Program-made: the position numbers and the translations under genes
The notes under the pieces: model-generated
What the model saw: only the letters and a program-made list of their open reading frames with translations
Databases searched by the model: none
What the model was told of the DNA's origin: nothing
Shown here: in pieces, positions 57,323-64,000 of the stretch
Position numbering within the stretch: the stretch's first letter is position 1
Layout of the letters: each line of letters opens with the position of its first letter
NCBI GenBank assembly: GCA_963823375.1
Contig: CAWGLQ010000007.1
Location: 362 to 64,361 of the forward strand
DNA length: 64,000 nt
Source of the DNA: an uncultured Actinomycetes bacterium
Lineage (GTDB): Bacteria; Actinomycetota; Thermoleophilia; Solirubrobacterales; Solirubrobacteraceae
Direction of reading: 5' to 3'

Positions 57323-58102
57323 ATGCCCGATGTCGACCAGTACGCCCCGGGAACGCCGTCGTGGATCGACGTGACCGCACCGGACCTCGACGCCGCCGCC
57401 GCGTTCTACGGCGGGCTGTTCGGCTGGGAGGCACAGGAGACCAGCCGTCCCGAGGAGAGCGGCGGGTACCGCATGTTCACGCTGGGCGGCCGGGAGGTCG
57501 CCGGGCTCGGCCCGCTGCAGGACGGCGGCCCGCCGCCGATGTGGACGACGTACGTCACCGTCACCGACGCCGATGCGACCGCCGCGACGGCGACCGCCAA
57601 CGGCGGCACCGTCTTCATGCCGCCGTTCGACGTGCTCGACGTCGGCCGCATGGCCGTCATCGCCGATCCGCAGGGCGCCGTCTTCTGCCTGTGGGAGCCC
57701 AGGGCGCATCCGGGGGCGCGGACGGTGAACGAGCCCGGGTCACTGATCTGGAACGAGCTCGCGGTGCGCGAGACCGGCGCCGAGATCTCCTTCTACGAGG
57801 CCGTGTTCGGATGGGGTCACGAGACGGCTCCGTTCGGCGGCGTCGAGTACACGACCTGGACGCTCGACGGCGCCCCCGTCGCCGGGATGATCCGCATGGA
57901 CGAGAACTGGCCGGCGGAGGTCCCGCCGCACTGGCTCGTCTATCTCGCCGTCGCGGACGCCGACGCGGTCTGTGCCCGGGCCACCGAGCTCGGCGGCGCG
58001 GTCCCGGTGCCGGTCAAGGAGATCGAGATCGGGCGCTTCGCGGTGCTGAGCGATCCGGGCGGCGCGGTCTTTGGGGTGATGGAGACGAACTCCGCGGCGT
58101 AG
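57323..58102 (+). CDS. VOC (glyoxalase/bleomycin-resistance/dioxygenase) family protein, two-domain
   Basis: ATG at 57323 preceded by GAGAGGAG. GTPSWIDVTAPDLDAAAAFYGGLFGW...GRMAVIADPQGAVFCLWEP, and the repeat IWNELAVRETGAEISFYEAVFGW...GRFAVLSDPGGAVFGVME. Confidence 0.8.
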   Translation: MPDVDQYAPGTPSWIDVTAPDLDAAAAFYGGLFGWEAQETSRPEESGGYRMFTLGGREVAGLGPLQDGGPPPMWTTYVTVTDADATAATATANGGTVFMPPFDVLDVGRMAVIADPQGAVFCLWEPRAHPGARTVNEPGSLIWNELAVRETGAEISFYEAVFGWGHETAPFGGVEYTTWTLDGAPVAGMIRMDENWPAEVPPHWLVYLAVADADAVCARATELGGAVPVPVKEIEIGRFAVLSDPGGAVFGVMETNSAA

Positions 58103-59093
58103 CCGGCGGATGGGAGATTGATCGGGTCGGCTTCGCCGACCCGTCCTGCCAGGGGGCCGTACCTAGATCCCGGGCGAGCGGCGACTCGGGCCCGGTCCCC
58201 GGGGGTGGGCCGGCCTTGCGCGCGCGCCACATCGTCCAGGCGAGCGCGCCGAGCCCGAACATCGCGGTGACCGCGAACACGAGGGCGCCGAGGAACGGCA
58301 CCAGGCCGACGACGCGCAGGATCGCCCAGCCGGCCAGGAACGCCACGGCCGGGCGTCCCGGCGGGCCGACGAGCGAGCGCCCCAGGACCCACGCGCCGGT
58401 CACGTAGCCGAGCGCGCCGAGCGGCAGCAGGGCGAGGAGCAGCCCGAGCCCGAAGGGGATGCCGACGAGCGTCACGAGCGCGATGAAGGCGAGGATCGGC
58501 AGGCCGATCACGACGACGAAGCCGATGCCGATCGACGGCCCCCAGCCGCCCTCGCGCATGCGGTCGAACGTCGCCTCGGCGGCGCGCGGCGCGAGCCAGA
58601 GCAGCAGCAGGCCCAGGACGAGCGTCGAGATGCTCACCGCGATCCACCACGCGATCGCCGAGACGAACGGCGCGCCGTCGCCGATGTCGAAGTCCATCTG
58701 GCTGACGCCGCCGTCGACCTTCGCGCCCGGGGCCACCCGCGGCTTCTCCGATGCCCAGCGGATCCCGTCACCCACGACGCCGGTCGCCGTGACGGTCGCG
58801 GGGTCGCCGAACGTGACGACGCGGCCACGGACCGTGCCGGCGATCAGGACGCGGCCGTCGACGGTCACGAGGTCCTTGGTCACCGTCGCGCCGCGGGCGA
58901 CCGTCACCGGGCCGTCGACGACCACGACGGTGCGCGCGGTGTCACCGGCCTCGAGCGTCACCGGGCCCTTGACGACGAAGAGGTCGCCCTCCTTGCCGAT
59001 ATCCACGTTGACGTCGACGTCCGTCTCGGCATGGGCCGCGGGAGCGGCGCAGAGGAGCAGCAGCGCGACGAACGGCAGCAGGCGTCGGACCAT
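58014..59093 (-). CDS. secreted/membrane protein with beta-helical (bactofilin-like polymer-forming) repeat domain and C-terminal multi-TM region; true stop uncertain
   Basis: ATG at 59093: MVRRLLPFVALLLLCAAPAAHA (signal peptide), VVKGPVTLEAGDTARTVVVVDGPVTVARGATVTKDLVTVDGRVLIAGTVRGRVVTFGDPATVTATGVV, then 5 or more helices. The ORF tail after ...WRARKAG reads through the box/hairpin and the antisense of the VOC gene, so it probably ends earlier. Confidence 0.6.
   Translation of the reverse strand: MVRRLLPFVALLLLCAAPAAHAETDVDVNVDIGKEGDLFVVKGPVTLEAGDTARTVVVVDGPVTVARGATVTKDLVTVDGRVLIAGTVRGRVVTFGDPATVTATGVVGDGIRWASEKPRVAPGAKVDGGVSQMDFDIGDGAPFVSAIAWWIAVSISTLVLGLLLLWLAPRAAEATFDRMREGGWGPSIGIGFVVVIGLPILAFIALVTLVGIPFGLGLLLALLPLGALGYVTGAWVLGRSLVGPPGRPAVAFLAGWAILRVVGLVPFLGALVFAVTAMFGLGALAWTMWRARKAGPPPGTGPESPLARDLGTAPWQDGSAKPTRSISHPPATPRSSSPSPQRPRRPDRSAPRSARSRSP
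58111..58166 (-). repeat. box-plus-hairpin module, copy 2 (minus strand): CTAGGTACGGCCCCCTGGCAGG, then hairpin GGGTCGGCgaaGCCGACCC, then GATCAATCTCC
   Basis: The box is at 58145-58166 (plus-strand text cctgccagggggccgtacctag). The hairpin is at 58124-58142. The module lies at the 3' end of the minus-strand membrane-protein gene, between convergent genes. Confidence 0.8.
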
Positions 59094-59115
59094 GTGCGAA
59101 AGGTACCCTCCGGAC

Positions 59116-60252
59116 ATGCCGCAGCCCACCCACGTCGCCCTCGGATCGTGGTCCGGCGGGCGGTTCATGCACTTCGGCGAGCCCCTCGACGACGACCGGC
59201 TCACGGCCCTGCTGCGGCCCGGTGACGGGGTCGGCACGGTCATCACGGCGGACGTGTACGGCAAGGGTGCGGCGGACGTCGCCGTCGGCCGGGCGCTCGC
59301 CGGCGTCCCGCGCGAGGACTACTGCCTCGTCGGCGCGATCGGTCACGACTTCTACGAGGGCGAGCGGCAGGGAGCGAAGGGCTTTCCGCGCCTGACCGAC
59401 CCGTCCCTGCGCGGGCCCGAGGCATACGGGGACTACATCCGCATGGCCACCGAGCGCAGCCTCGAGCGCTGCGGCGTGGACCACTTCGACGTGCTGCTGC
59501 TCCACAACCCCGACCGCATCGGCTTCACGAGCGAGGCCGTCTGGGCGGGCATGGCCGCCGTGCGCGACGAGGGGCTCACCGGCGCCGTCGGCGTCGCGCC
59601 GGGCCCGGCGAACGGCTACGTCCTGGACGTCATCGGCTGCATGGAGCGCTTCTCGGACGTCATCGACTGGGGAATGGTCATCCTCAACGCCTTCGAGCCC
59701 TGGCCGGTGGAGATGGTGCTGCCGGCGGCCGAGCGCAGCGGTGTGCAGCTGATCACGCGCGTCGCCGACTACGGCGGCATCTTCCACGACGACGTCAAGC
59801 CCGGTCACACCTTCGCGGACTACGACCACCGCAGCTTCCGCCCGCAGGGCTGGGTCGAGCAGGGCGCGGCGAAGCTCGAGCAGATCCGGCCGATCGCCGA
59901 GCGCCACGACCTCACGATGATCCAGTTCGCCTGCCAGTGGGTGCTCGCCCAGCCGGCCGTCGTGTGCGCGGCGCCCACGCTGATCCAGGAGATCGGCGAC
60001 GACGCGCGGCCGATCGAGGAGAAGCGCGCCGAGCTGGCGGCCACGCCGGCCGAGATCGTGCTGACCGCGGAGGACCTCGCCGAGGTCCGGCGCATCGGGG
60101 ACAACACCGGGTCCATGCTGCTCAAGGGCGGCACGCCCGACCACGAGGGCGACGAGCGGCCCGACAGCTGGCCGCTCGACCCGGACCTCGAGGCGATCGC
60201 CGACCGCTGGGCGATCGATCCGCAGGCCAAGCTGCACAAGACGGCCGCCTGA
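59116..60252 (+). CDS. aldo/keto reductase family oxidoreductase
   Basis: ATG at 59116. TVITADVYGKGAADVAVGRAL...SLERCGVDHFDVLLLHNPD...AVGVAPGPANG...LITRVADYGGIF...IQFACQWVLAQPAV. Intact. The start is 22 nt from the divergent start at 59093. Confidence 0.85.
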   Translation: MPQPTHVALGSWSGGRFMHFGEPLDDDRLTALLRPGDGVGTVITADVYGKGAADVAVGRALAGVPREDYCLVGAIGHDFYEGERQGAKGFPRLTDPSLRGPEAYGDYIRMATERSLERCGVDHFDVLLLHNPDRIGFTSEAVWAGMAAVRDEGLTGAVGVAPGPANGYVLDVIGCMERFSDVIDWGMVILNAFEPWPVEMVLPAAERSGVQLITRVADYGGIFHDDVKPGHTFADYDHRSFRPQGWVEQGAAKLEQIRPIAERHDLTMIQFACQWVLAQPAVVCAAPTLIQEIGDDARPIEEKRAELAATPAEIVLTAEDLAEVRRIGDNTGSMLLKGGTPDHEGDERPDSWPLDPDLEAIADRWAIDPQAKLHKTAA

Positions 60253-60268
60253 CTCCGTAGTTCTCCCC

Positions 60269-61462
60269 GTGAGCACCGTGGCGCCTCCGCTGGCAGGTCA
60301 GCCGCCCGGCGCCGACGATTGGACGATGACGGACGTCGTGACGGAAGCCCCTCGCGTCGGACTGGTCCTCGGGGCGGGCGGGATCCTCGGCGGCGCCTGG
60401 CTCGTCGGCGCACTCGACGCGATCGCCCGCGAGACGGGCTGGGACCCGGGCAGCGCCGACCGCATCGTCGGGACCTCCGCGGGATCGATGATCGGAGCGC
60501 TCCTCGCCTCCGGCGTGCCGCCGTGGTTCATGGTCGCGCACTCGGCCGGCGACGACCTCGAGGGCCTGATGGATGCCGACGGGGCCGAGCCGACGGCCTC
60601 CGACCGCTCGGCGGGCGGGGTCTTCCGCATCGGCGCGGCCCCATCGCTCGGCCCGGGCTCGTGGAAGCTCGCGCTCGGCTCGATCGCGCGGCCCTACCGC
60701 CACTCGCCCGTCTCGTTCGTCTCCGCCTGGCTGCCGCGGGGCTTCATCTCGACCGAGCCGCTGAAGGACACCGTCCGCCGCGCCCTCGGCGACGGCGAGA
60801 CCTGGGCGCCGCATCCGGGCTTCCGCGCGGTCGCCTGCGACTACGACACGCTGAAGCCCGTCGCGTTCGGTGCACCCGGCGCTCCCGAGGCGCACATGGC
60901 CGACGCGGTCGCCGCGTCCTGCGCGATCCCCGGCTTCTACCACCCGGTCGAGATCGACGGGAAGCGCTACGTGGACGGCGGCATGCGCTCCACCTCGAAT
61001 CTCGACCTCGTGATCGGCGACGACCTCGACATCGTGATCTGCCTGAACCCGATGTCCTCGCTGCACGCGGCCTCCCCGAAGACGCTCGGCGAGCGGCTGG
61101 CGTTCGGCATGCGCGGCACGGCCGGCAAGCAGCTCGGCGTCGAGTCGCGCCGTCTGCGCTCCAGCGGCGCCGACGTCGTGATCCTCCAGCCGACCGTCCA
61201 CGACCTCGACATCATGGGCACGAACCTCATGAGCTCCGCCCGCCGCCACGACGTGATCGAGCGCGGCGCCGAGAGCGTGACCGAGCACCTGCGCGAGTCG
61301 GGCATCGGCGAGCGGCTCGCCGGCGTGCTGCCCGCGGGCGCCCCGGCGCTCGTGCGCCGCCCGTCCGCCCGTCGCGCCGCGGCGCCGGACTTCCGCGCGC
61401 TCGCCCGCAAGCGGTTCGCTCCCACCCCCGTGGCAGGCCGCGTCGCCCGCGTCGCCGCGTAG
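60269..61462 (+). CDS. patatin-like phospholipase family protein
   Basis: Intact 397-aa ORF. VGLVLGAGGILGGAW (GxGxxG), IVGTSAGSMIGA (GxSxG nucleophile), YVDGGM (DGG catalytic Asp). Confidence 0.85.
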   Translation: MSTVAPPLAGQPPGADDWTMTDVVTEAPRVGLVLGAGGILGGAWLVGALDAIARETGWDPGSADRIVGTSAGSMIGALLASGVPPWFMVAHSAGDDLEGLMDADGAEPTASDRSAGGVFRIGAAPSLGPGSWKLALGSIARPYRHSPVSFVSAWLPRGFISTEPLKDTVRRALGDGETWAPHPGFRAVACDYDTLKPVAFGAPGAPEAHMADAVAASCAIPGFYHPVEIDGKRYVDGGMRSTSNLDLVIGDDLDIVICLNPMSSLHAASPKTLGERLAFGMRGTAGKQLGVESRRLRSSGADVVILQPTVHDLDIMGTNLMSSARRHDVIERGAESVTEHLRESGIGERLAGVLPAGAPALVRRPSARRAAAPDFRALARKRFAPTPVAGRVARVAA

Positions 61463-61472
61463 CATCGGCGCC

Positions 61473-62093
61473 GTGCCCGAGCCGCTGCCGCTGGACCCGA
61501 CCGCGCTGCCGTCCGACCCGCTGCCGCTCATGCGGCAGTGGCTGGAGGAGGCGACCGCGACCGGGATGACGGACGCGAACGCGATGACGCTCGCGACCGC
61601 CGGCGCCGACGGCCGCCCGAGCGCCCGCACCGTCCTCCTGCGCGGCGTCGACGCCGAAGGCCTGCGCTGGTACACCAACCGCGAGAGCCTCAAGGGCCGG
61701 CAGCTCGCCGAGAACCCGCGTGCGCAGCTCCTCTTCTACTGGCGTGAGCTCGGCCGCCAGATCCTCGTCCACGGCGCGGTGCGCCAGACCTCGGACGAGG
61801 ACTCCGACGCCTACTACGCCGGGCGCCCGCGCGATTCGCGCATCGGCGCCTGGGCGTCGCGGCAGGGAACGGTCATCGCCGACCGCGACGAGCTGCTGGG
61901 ACGCGTGCGCGACGCCGACGCCGCGCACCCCGGCGAGGACGTCCCGCGTCCCCCGTACTGGGGCGGCTACGCGCTGGAGCCCGAGGCGATCGAGTTCTGG
62001 CAGGCCCACGAGTTCCGCCTGCACGACCGCTTCGTCTACGTGCGCGACGCGGCGGCGGACGGCGGCTGGCGGGTCGACCGCCTCTCGCCGTAG
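61473..62093 (+). CDS. pdxH: pyridoxamine 5'-phosphate oxidase
   Basis: Intact 206-aa ORF. ANAMTLATAGADGRPSARTVLLRGVDAEGLRWYTNRESLKGRQL...PRAQLLFYWRELGRQILVHG...YYAGRPRDSRIGAWAS...PYWGGYALEPEAIEFWQAHEFRLHDR...RLSP is the canonical PdxH pattern. Confidence 0.9.
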   Translation: MPEPLPLDPTALPSDPLPLMRQWLEEATATGMTDANAMTLATAGADGRPSARTVLLRGVDAEGLRWYTNRESLKGRQLAENPRAQLLFYWRELGRQILVHGAVRQTSDEDSDAYYAGRPRDSRIGAWASRQGTVIADRDELLGRVRDADAAHPGEDVPRPPYWGGYALEPEAIEFWQAHEFRLHDRFVYVRDAAADGGWRVDRLSP

Positions 62094-62162
62094 GCGGTTT
62101 CCCGCATCCGGACCGTGGTCGCTCCCGTGGCGCTGCCGCGGGGGAGCTGCGAACCATGTCTC

Positions 62163-62825
62163 ATGACCGTTCGACCGATCGTCGTGGTGCTCGTCGCCGG
62201 CCTGCTCGTCCTGCCTGGCTGTGGGGGCGAGGACGACGGCGGCGGGACGACGACCGCCGCGTCGTCGCCGGCGACGCTGTCGGCCCCCGGGTACCGCGCA
62301 CTGACCGACTTCAATCGGCTCGCCGAGAGCGATGCGAGCCCGGCGACGCTCGCGCGGCGCTGCGAGCGCATCGGCCCGTCGGGCGGGTACGAGGCGCAGG
62401 TGGATGCGATCCGCGAGTTCTGCCTCACGGTCGCCGACATCGGCCAGGCGTCCAAGGACACCGAGTCGTGCGCCAAGGAGACGAACGAGGCGATCGAGGC
62501 CCGTCGCTGCATCGCGGGCGCGCTCGACCAGATGTCCGCGTACGCGCGCGATGCGGTCGCCGGCGCGAAGGAGGTCGTGCAGGCAGCCGCGATGGAATCC
62601 GGCGCGTGTCGCGACTATCTGCTCGACGCGCGCGAGCTCGCGACGTTCCGCTCGTTCGCCCGCACCGCGTCACAGGTCGCGCGCACGCTCCGCGACGAGA
62701 CTGCGACCCAGACGCAGCTCGAGGCGGCGACAAGCAGGCTCGAGATCAGCTTCCGGCGCTTCGAGCGCGCGTCCAGCGGTCCGGACGAGGCTGCTCGGGC
62801 GAAGGTCTGCGCGCCCTCCGCGTGA
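62163..62825 (+). CDS. lipoprotein (hypothetical)
   Basis: ATG at 62163 within ORF 62115..62825. MTVRPIVVVLVAGLLVLPGCGG (lipobox LPGC). Six further Cys residues and helical-looking repeats. Confidence 0.6.
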   Translation: MTVRPIVVVLVAGLLVLPGCGGEDDGGGTTTAASSPATLSAPGYRALTDFNRLAESDASPATLARRCERIGPSGGYEAQVDAIREFCLTVADIGQASKDTESCAKETNEAIEARRCIAGALDQMSAYARDAVAGAKEVVQAAAMESGACRDYLLDARELATFRSFARTASQVARTLRDETATQTQLEAATSRLEISFRRFERASSGPDEAARAKVCAPSA

Positions 62826-62828
62826 GCC

Positions 62829-64000
62829 TCACGCAGGCGGACGGCGCTCGGTGAGACGTCCCGCGAGCCACGCGGGAAGGCTCGACGCGTACCAGCGGGA
62901 GAACCGCCGGTCGCTCGGGCCGCCGGCGAGCGCCGTGTGCAGCGTGTCGGATGCGAAGTCGGTGACGATCCGCAGCGACGGGGCGAAGCTCGTCTCGCGG
63001 CCGCCGGAGCGGTAGACGGTGCCCTGGCGCGGCGTGCCGCGGGATCCGGGAAGCGCATACGGACCGCGATCGAAGCCGAGCGCCGCCGGGAACCGGCCGC
63101 CGAACAGCAGGTGCCGCATCGTGACGCGCTGGTGCTCGCCCCACGGTCGCGTCGGCGCGGCGAGGGCCGCGAGCGCGACCTGCGCGTAGATCTCCTCACG
63201 GGTTCGGTCGCCGAACCATGCCGAGCGCTCGCTCAGCAGGATCGCGTCGAGGTTCGCGTAGAAGTCCGCGACGATGCCGGTCTCCTCGAGGAGATGGTGC
63301 GCGACGTCGCGCCCGAGCACGGAGCCGAACACCTCGACGATGAGCGCGCGGTACCAGCGCTCGAACAGCGTCGCGGCACGGGACTGCGGCCCGAACCGCG
63401 CGTCCCAGGCGCGCAGGAGATCGCCGTTCTCCCCGGCGGGCAGCAGCGGGCGCAGGTGCTCGAGGTACCGCTCGGCCTGCGGCGAGCGCTCGTCGAGCTG
63501 GACGCCGGCGACGCCCGCGACGTCCCAGTCCTCGCGGGCGTGCAGGAGCTCCTCGATGCGACGGGCGCGGCTGTCGCCCATCGGCAGGTTCTGCGGGCGC
63601 ACGCGGCCCAGGTGCCCGAGGTCGTGGTTGGCCGTGACGATGATGCCCTCGGGCGGATCCTGCACCCGCGGCAGGTCCTCCGGCGGCGCCCAGCCGTCCC
63701 ACGCCGTCTGCGGGTCCCACGCGGGCAGCGGCACCAGGCCGCTCGCACCGGACGGCCGGATCGGCAGCAGCCCCGACATCTGCAGGCCGATCGACCCGTG
63801 CCGGTCGGCCATCACCCAGTTGAACGCGGACTCGATGCCGCCTGCCGCGGCCATCCCCTCGCGCACGTCGCCGGCGCGGAACATCGCGATCGCCGCCGCG
63901 ATCGACCGCGCGCCGGCCCCGCGTCCCGCCGACCAGCGCGTCGCGCGCCGCAGCCCCGGCTGCCGGGGATCGCCGTCCAGGACGCCGCGGTCCGTCTCGA
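62829..64000 (-). CDS. penicillin acylase (penicillin amidase) family protein, C-terminal part; 5' end outside window
   Basis: ORF 62829..63884 plus an open in-frame continuation to 64000 (…ETDRGVLDGDPRQPGLRRATRW…IAAAIAMFRAGDV). NWVMADRHGSIGLQMSGLLP...IIVTANHD...GGPSDRRFSRWY fits the beta-subunit end of Ntn-hydrolase acylases. Confidence 0.75.
   Translation of the reverse strand, partial: ETDRGVLDGDPRQPGLRRATRWSAGRGAGARSIAAAIAMFRAGDVREGMAAAGGIESAFNWVMADRHGSIGLQMSGLLPIRPSGASGLVPLPAWDPQTAWDGWAPPEDLPRVQDPPEGIIVTANHDLGHLGRVRPQNLPMGDSRARRIEELLHAREDWDVAGVAGVQLDERSPQAERYLEHLRPLLPAGENGDLLRAWDARFGPQSRAATLFERWYRALIVEVFGSVLGRDVAHHLLEETGIVADFYANLDAILLSERSAWFGDRTREEIYAQVALAALAAPTRPWGEHQRVTMRHLLFGGRFPAALGFDRGPYALPGSRGTPRQGTVYRSGGRETSFAPSLRIVTDFASDTLHTALAGGPSDRRFSRWYASSLPAWLAGRLTERRPPA

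Noticed and set aside
54058-58166. Interpreting the 22-nt inverted boxes as terminal inverted repeats of an insertion sequence or transposon
   Set aside because: No transposase, integrase or recombinase gene lies between or next to them. No target-site duplication is evident, and the boxes overlap gene 3' ends (one supplies a stop codon). A dispersed 3'-end element or terminator module fits better.

Overview
Very high-GC (by eye about 70% or more) actinobacterial-type chromosomal segment, densely coded on both strands. Positions 1-42982 form one very large cell-envelope glycan biosynthesis region. It holds about 20 glycosyltransferase domains (GT2, GT4, GT-A/GT8-like, WsaF-like), 7 SAM methyltransferases, rmlC, two SDR epimerases and a pyruvyl transferase. 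It also carries a Wzx-type flippase and a Wzt/Wzm ABC exporter, polyprenol-phosphate-type GT2 enzymes and several large polytopic membrane proteins; ctaA sits inside this region. Downstream come lon and then a six-gene translationally coupled operon: PqqD-like, HprK-like P-loop kinase, three tandem GT2 genes and an NTP_transf_5-like nucleotidyltransferase. That operon is my best candidate for an uncharacterised system. After it come an ECF sigma/anti-sigma pair, a metallophosphoesterase, AlgH, an MBL hydrolase, a Ser/Thr kinase, a NERD protein, a VOC protein, a beta-helical membrane protein, an aldo/keto reductase, a patatin-like protein, pdxH, a lipoprotein and a penicillin-acylase family gene. 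I saw no rRNA, tRNA, CRISPR, transposase or phage genes. Three non-gene signals stand out. (1) At least 38 reading-frame breaks, judged by eye from joining ORF-track fragments, cluster in three sub-regions while stretches of 4-10 kb are clean. (2) A 22-nt box plus hairpin module occurs as two inverted copies flanking a 4.1-kb four-gene segment. (3) Gene packing is extreme: 4-nt start/stop overlaps, divergent starts 6-40 nt apart, and overlapping convergent 3' ends. Frame-break coordinates are approximate, and all family calls are motif-based from memory, not from searches.
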